A DNA stretch of 45,733 nt, taken from a virus. Its lineage: Duplodnaviria > Caudoviricetes. Both the position numbers and the translations under genes were made by a program. The DNA is taken from the IMG/VR virus record IMGVR_UViG_3300032227_000101, positions 1-45,733 of that record, one strand, 5' to 3'. The notes below the pieces were generated by a model, which saw only the letters and a program-made list of their open reading frames with translations, was not told where the DNA came from and searched no databases. Below are positions 1-8,901 of this stretch, in pieces (position 1 is the stretch's first letter; the number at the start of each line of letters is the position of its first letter).

Positions 1-90
1 CGGGACATAATCCCGTTCGTTTTCTTGTGTAACAACAACCTTCTTTGTTTGCTGAATTGAAGGTATGATATCTTTAAAAAGGTCAGACAT
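1..90 (-). CDS. gp62: Clamp loader small subunit, N-terminal part (runs off the window)
   Basis: Manual translation from ATG at 90 gives MSDLFKDIIPSIQQTKKVVVTQENERDYVP; it overlaps the gp44 stop, matching T4-like gp44-gp62 order. Confidence 0.85.
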   Translation of the reverse strand, partial: MSDLFKDIIPSIQQTKKVVVTQENERDYVP

Positions 91-1021
91 ATTCACAATC
101 CACCATCAATTCAGTTAGACAGGCCACCAGATTGATTTCTTGGTCAGCCACAAAAGCGGCCTGATACTGGTACTTAGAGACAATCACAACAGCTTGAGGA
201 ATAGAATCAGGCTTGAAATACTCATACAGACCATCGTAAATCTTGCGATAGATTCGCGCAGGCTCAATGTCTGAATTGGCTACACACCACTTACGCATTT
301 CACTGAAGTTCTTATCCTTCAGGTGCTTAACCAAGTCGCCAATCTTACGAACATCGGACAGTTGTGCAACAATCCCGGCATCAAGAGAACCAGAAGAACT
401 ATAACGCTGTAATTCATTAAGAGTACGGCGATAGTCAGGAAAATACTTCTCGATAATCTTAGCAAGAACCGCCTTATCATATGTCACGCCTTCTTGTACA
501 AGGATATGTTCCATGCGCTTCATCAACTGTGAAGCCATCTTAGCCTTCTCATCATTCTTCAATGCAAAGTCAATGACAGAACACCGAGAATGAATAGCAT
601 CAATCAGCTTGGACTTGAAGTTACAAGTAAAGATGAATGTGCAATTGGCTGCAAACTCTTCAATTGCACCACGCATTGCAGCCTGTGCATCAGGAGTCAT
701 ATAGTCTGCTTCGTCTAGGATGATGACTTTCTTGCCACCAGTTAGAGATACAGTTGAAGCATAGTTACGAATGGTGGTTCTCAGTACATCAATACCACGA
801 TTTTCAGAAGCATTGATATACAGGTGATTGATACCAATCTCATCACACATAGCCTTTGCAACAGTTGTCTTACCGACACCTGCTGTACCAGTCAGCATGA
901 GATTAGGAATCTCATTGTTGTTTACATATTCTTGAAATGGCTTCTTCAGACGATCAGGAAGAATACAGTCATTAATCGTTGAAGGGCGGTACTTTTCTAC
1001 CCACAGGAAGGATTCGTTCAT
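83..1021 (-). CDS. gp44: Sliding clamp loader AAA+ subunit
   Basis: LWVEKYRP, Walker A GTAGVGKTT, Walker B IILDEAD and SRC motif; start taken at MNESFLW. Confidence 0.97.
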   Translation of the reverse strand: MNESFLWVEKYRPSTINDCILPDRLKKPFQEYVNNNEIPNLMLTGTAGVGKTTVAKAMCDEIGINHLYINASENRGIDVLRTTIRNYASTVSLTGGKKVIILDEADYMTPDAQAAMRGAIEEFAANCTFIFTCNFKSKLIDAIHSRCSVIDFALKNDEKAKMASQLMKRMEHILVQEGVTYDKAVLAKIIEKYFPDYRRTLNELQRYSSSGSLDAGIVAQLSDVRKIGDLVKHLKDKNFSEMRKWCVANSDIEPARIYRKIYDGLYEYFKPDSIPQAVVIVSKYQYQAAFVADQEINLVACLTELMVDCEYV

Positions 1022-1229
1022 CAATTTCATTCACCATATTTTGAAGAAGTTCTTTAGTGCCAGCACCGCCAAGGTTCTGTACATAGATAGTCTTGGCGGT
1101 TACCAGCATATTTGACGCCAGCATTAAGACATCTTCAACATTATCGCACATCATGATCTGCCTGTCAATAGGCCTCATGAGTTCTTCCATACGTTCAATT
1201 GTCTTACGCTTTTTCTGTTCTGGTGTCAC
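972..1229 (-). CDS. Hypothetical protein
   Basis: 85 aa ORF overlapping both neighbours within the operon; no recognised motif. Confidence 0.6.
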   Translation of the reverse strand: MTPEQKKRKTIERMEELMRPIDRQIMMCDNVEDVLMLASNMLVTAKTIYVQNLGGAGTKELLQNMVNEIDERILPVGRKVPPFND

Positions 1230-1510
1230 TTCATAACACCATCATAGAAGTCCTCAAACTGACGGTTTTCTTCCTGTTCCTGAGAATAGTTGGCGCGGAA
1301 GTAAACCTTAGCCATTCTGCGAACAATCTTCTTATCAACACCAGTCTTATCGTTAATGTTGTTGATGGTTTCTTTCTGATAGTCTCGTTCAGCAGCAACT
1401 CTGGTCATGCTATCATTCATCTGAACAATAGCTTCCTTAAGTTCCTTGCGCTGTGCATCTGTAAGAGAATTGATGCTAACGAAGTTTTGATTGTGACCAA
1501 TACCAGACAT
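1226..1510 (-). CDS. dsbA: DsbA-like (GapR-like) double-stranded DNA-binding protein
   Basis: 94 aa, predicted helical; GVDKKIVRRMAKVYF...FEDFYDGVMK resembles T4 DsbA GVDGKMFNRLLALY...VELYDTVF. Confidence 0.75.
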   Translation of the reverse strand: MSGIGHNQNFVSINSLTDAQRKELKEAIVQMNDSMTRVAAERDYQKETINNINDKTGVDKKIVRRMAKVYFRANYSQEQEENRQFEDFYDGVMK

Positions 1511-2175
1511 TACTTGCTCTCCATTGCGATGAAATACTTGATCTTGTCCTTGAGTGGGCCAGACCTGAGTGTAAACTTGGCAAATGCGCCAAGTTGGACT
1601 TCAACATCATAATCACCAGTGATGAGCTTGATGTTATCGACCTTGAAAGAACCGACAAAATCTTCACCATCATAATCATTAAGCTTGAATGACGCATGAT
1701 TAGAAGTGTCATTAGCCTTTTCATGTGTCTGAAGGCGAATCTCACCATTCTTACCGACAATCGAAAGATGGGTAAGGTTGTTCATTGCTGCAAGCTTGAG
1801 CAACTTTGAAAGAACAGCATTGGTAAGAGTGAAGCTAACGTCAGTCTGCTTCAACTTCAGTTCCTTATCAGGCGGTGAAACGATAAGATTAGGAGAGCAA
1901 GAGTAATAGCTCAGAGTAATATCACCAGCATCCATAGTTACAGCATTGTTGGTGAAGGACAGTTCTGGACTTCCAAGAGTCGTGATATTTCCAAGAAACT
2001 GGTTAAGATCATATACGCCAAACTGCTCTGGCATGGTATCATCAAACTGTGCCTCAACAAGAACGGACTTCTCAGGAGACATGGTCTTCTGGACATTACC
2101 CTTCTGAAGTACTAGACCAGAGTTGATTGACGAAAAGTTCTTCAATACGTTTAGAGTTGTTTCACTAAACTTCAT
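1510..2175 (-). CDS. gp45: Sliding clamp
   Basis: MKFSETTLNVLKNFSSINSG, FGVYDLNQFL and YFIAME; lies upstream of gp44. Confidence 0.96.
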   Translation of the reverse strand: MKFSETTLNVLKNFSSINSGLVLQKGNVQKTMSPEKSVLVEAQFDDTMPEQFGVYDLNQFLGNITTLGSPELSFTNNAVTMDAGDITLSYYSCSPNLIVSPPDKELKLKQTDVSFTLTNAVLSKLLKLAAMNNLTHLSIVGKNGEIRLQTHEKANDTSNHASFKLNDYDGEDFVGSFKVDNIKLITGDYDVEVQLGAFAKFTLRSGPLKDKIKYFIAMESK

Positions 2176-2200
2176 AATATAAACTCCATTGTGTTTTAGT

Positions 2201-2857
2201 TTAGGTGGCTATTGTAGCAGGGTTTTTCGGGCCTGTAAAGACCCTTAACATGTGATTGATGTCAGCTTCAAGCATGGAAATGGCACCTTCATTCACAAGG
2301 TGGTAATCCATGATTGAACCAATCCATGCCCATTCAGAGTAGTGAACGGAAGGATGGTAAATGGACATTTGCGACACTGGTGGATCGAATCTCTTCACAT
2401 TATCTGACTGTGCAGTCTCATACCACTCAGGGTCAGGACCACGCTTCACGCGAATAACAAATCCACCCTTTGACTGAATGAACTTGATTTCGTTTGGAAA
2501 GCGAACGTCAGCGATAACAACATTAGGATAAAGTTCAAGTCTTCGCTCAAGTGAATAAACCCAAATATTTGGATCAATCATATCACGACCAACTTCAGTG
2601 CCCATTAGCTGTAGCATGTTACGAGGAGTGATATGCTTGCCAGTCTTCTCAGACCACCATTCATCCTTCTCTTCACGCCACGCACGGCTTTCATCAGTAT
2701 CACCCTCAAGAAGGGCGCGCGGCCATCCGAAGATGGCCGCTGTAGCGTCCTTTACTGTATCAGCAAAGGACAGTTTTGTGAAGTTATGTTTCTGAACAAG
2801 AATGTCTGCAACAGTACCCTTGCCTGAGCCAATAAATCCCACAACACCAATAATCAT
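2201..2857 (-). CDS. gp1: Deoxynucleoside monophosphate kinase
   Basis: GFIGSGKGT P-loop, SFAD, TPRxxLQxxGTE, VIADVRFPNE, HxSE. Confidence 0.93.
   Translation of the reverse strand: MIIGVVGFIGSGKGTVADILVQKHNFTKLSFADTVKDATAAIFGWPRALLEGDTDESRAWREEKDEWWSEKTGKHITPRNMLQLMGTEVGRDMIDPNIWVYSLERRLELYPNVVIADVRFPNEIKFIQSKGGFVIRVKRGPDPEWYETAQSDNVKRFDPPVSQMSIYHPSVHYSEWAWIGSIMDYHLVNEGAISMLEADINHMLRVFTGPKNPATIAT
2211..2239 (-). promoter_or_regulatory. Sigma70-like promoter upstream of gp45
   Basis: TTTACA-17 bp-TACAAT on the minus strand. Confidence 0.6.
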
Positions 2858-3468
2858 TCAATATTCTCCATTTTATATTCTTTCTGTCCTTTACCAGTTT
2901 TCAGTCCTTTGTTCCAAGGGATACGACCTTTTCGTGTAACACTCATTTTCTTCTTTGTTTCTTCTGTATGAGATATTCCTTTACGCCGAGAAACACCAAC
3001 ATTTGCTATGCCTGCTCTTTTTCGATTTTCAAGATCCAAAAACTGTTTTTTTGAAATCTCTCTAAGTTTTTGTTTGGTCTCTTCAGTAACTTTTTTACCT
3101 CGCATTTTTTGTTTGGTTTCTTCTGTATGGTTTTTACCATACATTGGATGATGTTTTTTTTCATAATGGTTGTTCATCATCCAATGACCAAAATGATGAT
3201 TGTGTATGTTGTAGTATCGTTTTCCTAGTTCGTCATTTTTAATTTTAGACAACCAACGATATTCTTCTTCCAGAAGTTTAGACTTATCTGCGATGTTAGT
3301 TTTTAGAATTCGCCTTTTAAAGTCTAGAGGACGAAGTTTATATCCTTTTTTCATCCAAGGAGATGAGCAAATATATCCATCATCTTCTCGACCCCATCTA
3401 CATCCAATGTAAAACCGTTTATGTTTCTTGTCATACCAGAGATAAACAAAACCATACTTTTCTTGCAT
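2854..3468 (-). mobile_element. Free-standing GIY-YIG (Seg-like) homing endonuclease with NUMOD3 repeats
   Basis: GFVYLW...FYIG...YICSS, YYN, and HTEETKQKM / HTEETKKKMS repeats. Confidence 0.9.
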
Positions 3469-3471
3469 AAG

Positions 3472-3507
3472 ATACTCCCTTTGATACTATCTCAGGGAGT
3501 ATTTAGT
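3472..3507 (-). promoter_or_regulatory. Late promoter plus RBS-sequestering hairpin
   Basis: ACTAAATA (3500-3507) overlapping a 9-bp stem ATACTCCCT/AGGGAGTAT that contains the SD GGGAG. Confidence 0.8.
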
Positions 3508-3520
3508 AAAAGTGTATATT

Positions 3521-4414
3521 TCACAGTTTCCCTGTCAATTGAGCAATAGATTGCATATCGCCTCTGAATGCATAGGTGCCAACATGCTGTGTCTTCATCC
3601 AAGGGCACAACCAAACCTTACCGCCAATTCTGCGCCAGTACTGACAGAACATATAGTCTTCTGACAGATAGCGATGTGAAGCGGCCTTTTCGGTTTCTAA
3701 AAGTGCCTTGAAATCTTCCTTAACATCATGACCTTGAGCAGCCTTTTCCATGAGATTGTGAACATCTTGGAAAGTGTAGTTCGTATCAATGACGGTATCA
3801 AAGTATGCGTGAATGTACCGCGAACCGTCAAAGTTTGGCTGACCTGCATGATCAGGCTTATAGTTGAGGTGCGGATATCTATCCTTGAATACATCAAAGA
3901 CACCGCGCTTGATCAACATGTAGCCTGTACCAATCTCCATAACCTCAAGTGGTTCAGACACATTGAAGTTCTTTGTACCAGGAACTGGATTAAAAACGTA
4001 GTCGCCTGCTACAGCTTCAAGACGGCTAGGTTCTACACTGCTATTCTGTTGAACAGCAGCAGCGACATTTCTCCAGTTGATAGACTTCTTTGGATAAGGC
4101 GCACCAATAATGTCCTTGTCAAGAGCAAGAAGGGCTAGAACGTCCTGAGGATTGAAATCAATATCAGAGTCGATAAACAGCAAGTGAGTAAAACCAGAGC
4201 GCAAGAATTCATCTACAAGGTAGTTACGCGCGCGGGTGATGAGAGATTCATTGAAGAGGAATGAAAAGCGAGTTTCCACTCCATAGTGTGTCATGATACC
4301 TTGCAGATCAAGACACGACTTAACGTAAAGACCATTCGCCATACCACCGTACATAGGAGTAGCAATGAATAGCTTGTTCTTTCTTAAATCTTCTGCTTTG
4401 ATTGATAATTCCAT
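3521..4414 (-). CDS. Glycosyltransferase-like (GT-A fold) conserved phage protein
   Basis: IATPMYGG, ESLITRARN, THLLFIDSD (DxD), GTGYMLIKR, YLSEDYMFC; start at MELSIK after SD GGAG. Confidence 0.75.
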   Translation of the reverse strand: MELSIKAEDLRKNKLFIATPMYGGMANGLYVKSCLDLQGIMTHYGVETRFSFLFNESLITRARNYLVDEFLRSGFTHLLFIDSDIDFNPQDVLALLALDKDIIGAPYPKKSINWRNVAAAVQQNSSVEPSRLEAVAGDYVFNPVPGTKNFNVSEPLEVMEIGTGYMLIKRGVFDVFKDRYPHLNYKPDHAGQPNFDGSRYIHAYFDTVIDTNYTFQDVHNLMEKAAQGHDVKEDFKALLETEKAASHRYLSEDYMFCQYWRRIGGKVWLCPWMKTQHVGTYAFRGDMQSIAQLTGKL

Positions 4415-4430
4415 TAGAAAACTCCATAAT

Positions 4431-4473
4431 AAAAAAAGAGGGAAGAACACCAGTATATAGTATTCGTCCCTCT
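4431..4473 (-). terminator. Intrinsic terminator with a late-promoter-like motif in its loop
   Basis: AGAGGGA/TCCCTCT stem followed by a T-run on the minus strand; ACTATATA at 4454-4461 in the loop. Confidence 0.65.
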
Positions 4474-4488
4474 GTTTTCTGTTAAAAA

Positions 4489-4701
4489 TTAGGCAGCAAA
4501 ACGATAATACATCTTGCGCTTACCGTTGACATTACGGTAGTTGCTGTAGATGGTATGGCCTTCCATAGTGCGTAGGTCATACACACGCTTTCTGACGCTT
4601 GACTTCGGCACACCAGTCAATCGGGTGATCTGAGCAACTGTGATACCAGCACCCTTGTTATTCGCACGTAGAACCTTAGCAACCTTAGACATCTGAGACA
4701 T
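4489..4701 (-). CDS. Small winged helix-turn-helix DNA-binding protein
   Basis: GITVAQITRLTGVPKSSVRKRVYDLR HTH pattern with a beta-wing ending YYRF; SD GGAG. Confidence 0.75.
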   Translation of the reverse strand: MSQMSKVAKVLRANNKGAGITVAQITRLTGVPKSSVRKRVYDLRTMEGHTIYSNYRNVNGKRKMYYRFAA

Positions 4702-4741
4702 TCAAATACTCCATATTAAAATTATGAACCGATATGATTAC

Positions 4742-4772
4742 ACGGCTGGAGATGGCTCAGTTCTCCAGCCGT
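4742..4772. other. Strong 11-bp hairpin downstream of cobS
   Basis: ACGGCTGGAGA/TCTCCAGCCGT inverted repeat; the T-rich tail is on the + strand side. Confidence 0.6.
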
Positions 4773-4783
4773 ATTCTTTTTAC

Positions 4784-6001
4784 TTAGAAAGCAATTTCAG
4801 GGTCATCAATCTTAGCTTCAGCCGCAGCCTCAGCAGGCTTCGGGTTGATAGTTTCGTCAAGCTTCATGTAGAGATCCATGAAACCGTTCTTAGTATCAAC
4901 ATCAAAGCGGTTCAGACAGAGCTTGACTGCCTTTTCACGATCCTTACCGAAGATGGCGAAGGCTTCACAAATGTGAACCAGACGGCGAGTAGAGATAATG
5001 TCACTCACGGCACCATCATAGAACGCCTTACGGATCATGTCAGCCCAGTTGACCAGCTTGTCAGCAAAGTCCTTATCTTCAATGCCAGAAGCACCGAGGA
5101 CATTGTTCAGGATCTTAGCTTCAGTCTTGAGAGGCGGATATTCCTGCTCAAAGGTAATGCTGAAACGCTCAAGAAAGGCCTCATTCATCACGTTGGTGCC
5201 GATGAAGCGACCATCATCAGAACCCTTACCCTTGGTGTTAGCAGTAGCAAGGATGTTGAAGCCCTTTGCAGGGGTCACCACACGGTTGATCTTCTTAAGG
5301 TAGATCGGCTTACCTTCAAGCACAGGCTGAAGACACATAAGCTTGGCGTCACCAAGGTCAACTTCGTCAAGGAGCAGAATCGCACCACGCTCCATTGCGA
5401 CAATGACAGGACCATTCTGCCAGACAGTCTTACCGTCAATGAGACGGAAACCACCGATCAGATCATCTTCATCGGTTTCCTTAGTGATGTTGGCGCGAAC
5501 AAGTTCACGACCTTCCTGAGCCGCAATCTGTTCAATCATCATGGTCTTACCGTTGCCAGACAGACCAGTGATGTAGGTCGGATAAAACTTTTCCGACTTG
5601 ATGATCATACGGACATCATTGAAATGTCCGAACGGCACGTAACCCTTAGCCTTAGCGGGTACAAGAGAAATGGCCTCAGATGTATGAAGAGCCATCTGCA
5701 TATCAGACGCATTTGCAACTTCGGTAATCTGAGCAACAGGAACTTCGGAGGCGATATCAGAAGCCTTGATTTCCTTGCGATTAGATTTGGCCTTAGAAGT
5801 CATAATAGAACCACCATCAGTCAGTGAATATTCGCCGCGACCGACACGGCGCGAATCATCCTTAGTCAACCAGAGAGGACGAGACAGGTTGTAATCAGAA
5901 CAAATCTGAAGAACCTGCTGGCGCGAAATCGTATCGATCTTGCCAAATTCCTTGGCAACGGCGGCGATGAAGGCACTCTTGTCAGCGGAACGCTTAGACA
6001 T
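4784..6001 (-). CDS. cobS: CobS-like MoxR-type AAA+ ATPase
   Basis: GLSGNGKT Walker A, DDLIGGFRL, LLLDEVD Walker B, ATANTKGKGSDDGRFIGTNVMNEAFLERF, ISTRRL. Confidence 0.9.
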   Translation of the reverse strand: MSKRSADKSAFIAAVAKEFGKIDTISRQQVLQICSDYNLSRPLWLTKDDSRRVGRGEYSLTDGGSIMTSKAKSNRKEIKASDIASEVPVAQITEVANASDMQMALHTSEAISLVPAKAKGYVPFGHFNDVRMIIKSEKFYPTYITGLSGNGKTMMIEQIAAQEGRELVRANITKETDEDDLIGGFRLIDGKTVWQNGPVIVAMERGAILLLDEVDLGDAKLMCLQPVLEGKPIYLKKINRVVTPAKGFNILATANTKGKGSDDGRFIGTNVMNEAFLERFSITFEQEYPPLKTEAKILNNVLGASGIEDKDFADKLVNWADMIRKAFYDGAVSDIISTRRLVHICEAFAIFGKDREKAVKLCLNRFDVDTKNGFMDLYMKLDETINPKPAEAAAEAKIDDPEIAF

Positions 6002-6033
6002 TATCTTTCCTTTGTTTCTCAGTTAATATGGAT

Positions 6034-6061
6034 ATTATAGACTAAATGGAGGGAATGTCAA
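6034..6061 (-). promoter_or_regulatory. Sigma70-like promoter upstream of cobS
   Basis: TTGACA-16 bp-TATAAT on the minus strand. Confidence 0.7.
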
Positions 6062-8334
6062 GCAGCAATCCGCTTGACAAACCGAGAGAGTAGAACGCGG
6101 GACACAGCCTTTTTTTCCGAAAACTTGATGAATTCCGATGCAATCTTTTTCTTAGTCATATCGGAACTAATAGCAAGTTTTCCAGAAGAAACATCAAACG
6201 ACTTATGGTTGATGATGTAGTATTCATCATAGCCAGAGGTTGTTGCACCAAAGAACCCGTTGTTTTTCCAGTCGTTGGTAGCCTTCTTGTAAGCTTCGCC
6301 AGACTGCCCGTTGACACGGCCGTAAGCCTGAGAGAAACCATAAGAAGTGATGTAGAAGCCGATCAGATTACAGCCAGTACGATCCTTAAGAACACGGAGA
6401 AGCAAACCAGTCATAGCCTTATCAGAATAAGGATCCCGATGATAATATGAATGTGTGTTCTCAGTCCGAATATCGTAAGACTTTTTGGTAATTTCATCCT
6501 GAAGAATATACTTGCGCTTTTTCCAAGACGAAGGAAGTCCGTTGACATGACTGATCGGATCGGACTCGCCGTCAGTCAGGAAGATTGTGTTAACAATCTG
6601 AACCCGAGACTTAGCCTTGAACCGATTGATGATCAAGTCAGCCACACCAATACACTCATTCAAAGGCGTGGACCTCATGTCATCACAGCGAAGTTTTCCG
6701 TTGCAAGCCATCAGATAGAGATGGAACATTGCGTCATTGAATTCCGCAACATTCATCCGCGATGAAAGCAGATTACGAACCACAAAGTTGTCAAAGTCCA
6801 GTTCATTCTGTTTTTTAGTGAACGACTGCCCGTTGATACGGCCACTGTCAACATCAAAGCAAGTGGTGCTACGGAACGAATAGACTTCAAACGGAATCTG
6901 CACCCGCTTACAGAACATGGTCAGCGAAAGCAACTGCTTGACAGTCTTCTTTAGATGAAGATCCATAGAGCCAGACCAGTCAACAAACATGACGAAGCCA
7001 TGGTTCTTACCAGAAGCGACCGTAGTAATACGACGGAACAGGTCATCATTGTACCGATAAGAGTGAAGCTTATTGGTATCAATCACGCCAGTCTTAGCAA
7101 CGCTGGTACGCGAGTGTTCGTCGGCTGACTTCCGCATTTCAAACTCCTTGACCATGAAGGAGATTGACGCATTTTCATTAGCCTTGAACCACTGCAATTC
7201 TTCACGAACAGACTTGAGCCAATCTTGATTCCAGAAACCAGCAATACACTTGCGCTGGTCAGCAAGAACGACCTTGTAATCATTCACAACCTGGTCATAC
7301 TTGACTGGCCGAGGAATCTTGACGTAGACATATTCCTCATCAGACTTGACCACAAGGTCATTCTGGTTTTTCTGCCAAGCCTTTTCAGTCTCGGACTCAG
7401 GAATATCATCACGCTTGGTGGCTTTTATGTCAAGCGGATCACTATCGCGCTTGTCATCACCGTCACCATTGCCATCATCATCATCGGAATCCGAATCATC
7501 TTCATCATCGGTATCACCTTCGTCCTCGTCATCATCATAAGATGAACCAGACGAATAGTCCTCATCATCAGAGTCCTCGTCGGAATCTTCACCGAATTCA
7601 TTTTCTTCGGCCTCATCATCAGAGTCCTCGTCGGAATCTTCACCGAATTCATTTTCTTCGGCGTCATCATCGGACATACCAGACTTGGCTCGCATATCAT
7701 GCTTGTCAGTCTCAGGTTCATCCTGATCATACCTAGACTTAGACCAACCGAAGATTTCTTCCGTCAGAGCCATGACCTCATCAAAGGTCTCAGCCGCGTC
7801 AACCCGATCAACCATGGCTTTTTCTTCGGCCGTAAACTTGATGCCCGACATTGCGCCGCCCTTGAAGTATATATTCAAGCGGTCAATGAAGGTCATAGAG
7901 TTAACGTCCTTGGTCTTGGTGCCAAAGAAGTCTTTTTCAATGAGTTCAGCGTAACCCTTGACATAGTTACGGCGGGCACCAGGAAAACGGCGCTTCTGGC
8001 GCTTGTCAATGCGGGCGTCTTCAATGACGTTTAGAAAGCCCTTGACCGCCGCAACAGCACGATTAGAAGCCGAGCCAGTCACACGGGTAGCAATGCCCGG
8101 CAAAGCATCAAGCCAGCCGTCAACGGGTGTGTCAAGAGCATGACCGACCTCATGGACGACCAGCATGTCATACAGATCATTAGACATTTCGCGCCACACG
8201 GGAAGAATAAGGACGCGGTTCTTAACGTCAAACATCGCCGTCTGAGCAGCGGCGCTATGCTGAACCGTAATGTTTTCCGTAGCCAGCAACTTGGCTAGCT
8301 GGGACTTGGCGTTGTGATTATGTGTTACTTCCAT
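6058..8334 (-). CDS. CobT-like metallopeptidase-VWA protein (partner of the AAA+ ATPase)
   Basis: LAKLLATEN, HEVGH (HExxH), NVIEDARI, acidic linker, MIDAS DWSGSM, TPL, LTDGE; start at MEVTHN. Confidence 0.85.
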   Translation of the reverse strand: MEVTHNHNAKSQLAKLLATENITVQHSAAAQTAMFDVKNRVLILPVWREMSNDLYDMLVVHEVGHALDTPVDGWLDALPGIATRVTGSASNRAVAAVKGFLNVIEDARIDKRQKRRFPGARRNYVKGYAELIEKDFFGTKTKDVNSMTFIDRLNIYFKGGAMSGIKFTAEEKAMVDRVDAAETFDEVMALTEEIFGWSKSRYDQDEPETDKHDMRAKSGMSDDDAEENEFGEDSDEDSDDEAEENEFGEDSDEDSDDEDYSSGSSYDDDEDEGDTDDEDDSDSDDDDGNGDGDDKRDSDPLDIKATKRDDIPESETEKAWQKNQNDLVVKSDEEYVYVKIPRPVKYDQVVNDYKVVLADQRKCIAGFWNQDWLKSVREELQWFKANENASISFMVKEFEMRKSADEHSRTSVAKTGVIDTNKLHSYRYNDDLFRRITTVASGKNHGFVMFVDWSGSMDLHLKKTVKQLLSLTMFCKRVQIPFEVYSFRSTTCFDVDSGRINGQSFTKKQNELDFDNFVVRNLLSSRMNVAEFNDAMFHLYLMACNGKLRCDDMRSTPLNECIGVADLIINRFKAKSRVQIVNTIFLTDGESDPISHVNGLPSSWKKRKYILQDEITKKSYDIRTENTHSYYHRDPYSDKAMTGLLLRVLKDRTGCNLIGFYITSYGFSQAYGRVNGQSGEAYKKATNDWKNNGFFGATTSGYDEYYIINHKSFDVSSGKLAISSDMTKKKIASEFIKFSEKKAVSRVLLSRFVKRIAA
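7561..7662. repeat. Perfect 2 x 51 bp tandem duplication in the acidic linker
   Basis: 7561-7611 is identical to 7612-7662 and encodes AEENEFGEDSDEDSDDE twice. Confidence 0.95.
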
Positions 8335-8484
8335 AATACTCTCTCTCAATTACATACTAAGGATACAGTATGGAGGTCGGCAATGCAAGGCGTATTTTGG
8401 AGGGTGCTGTATAGCGTTGCCGTCATCATATACTGGATATAGTGATGACAAGTCTGGTTTTCAATGCGGGATTATGCATATCAG

Positions 8485-8901
8485 CTATGCGTGTGGAACA
8501 TAACCAGGATCAATATCCAAGGTTACACGTTCTAGTAGAATATTCACTCTTTTTCGGTAGGCAAATCCGAGCAAGCTGGCTTTACTTCCAGTAGAGTATG
8601 GAGGAACTCTTCCTAGCAATGTGTACTGCTCAGAAGTAGGATCAATAATTTTACCATTCTTGTCTACAATCCACCAGTGATAAAGGTTTTCATCATCTAG
8701 TGCGCGATGCATGTGGACATTCTTTGGGCCAAATATCTTATAAATGACACCAGCGGCGGTATGACAATGACCGTAAGTGCCATTGCTACCGCCGATGATA
8801 TTTCTTTCTTGCATCTTCTTTGGGAGAAGATCGATAGTGAGATTACACCGAATAGATTCGATAACTCGGTTCAAATTTTCTTCGGTGTAATCCAACATCA
8901 T
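8485..8901 (-). CDS. Hypothetical protein with putative Cys-His-Asp (transglutaminase/papain-like) triad
   Basis: GHCHTAA...HWWIVD...IIDPTSEQY motif order. Confidence 0.55.
   Translation of the reverse strand: MMLDYTEENLNRVIESIRCNLTIDLLPKKMQERNIIGGSNGTYGHCHTAAGVIYKIFGPKNVHMHRALDDENLYHWWIVDKNGKIIDPTSEQYTLLGRVPPYSTGSKASLLGFAYRKRVNILLERVTLDIDPGYVPHA

Noticed and set aside
4742-4775. GGCTGGAGATGGCTCAG resembles a tRNA 5' end
   Set aside because: It forms a single hairpin; there is no cloverleaf, T-loop or CCA
4724-5827. 367-aa + strand ORF
   Set aside because: Antisense shadow of cobS, explained by codon bias; no motifs
4784-6001. cobS as a cobalamin auxiliary metabolic gene
   Set aside because: No cobN or other cobalamin genes in the window; the partner is a peptidase-VWA protein
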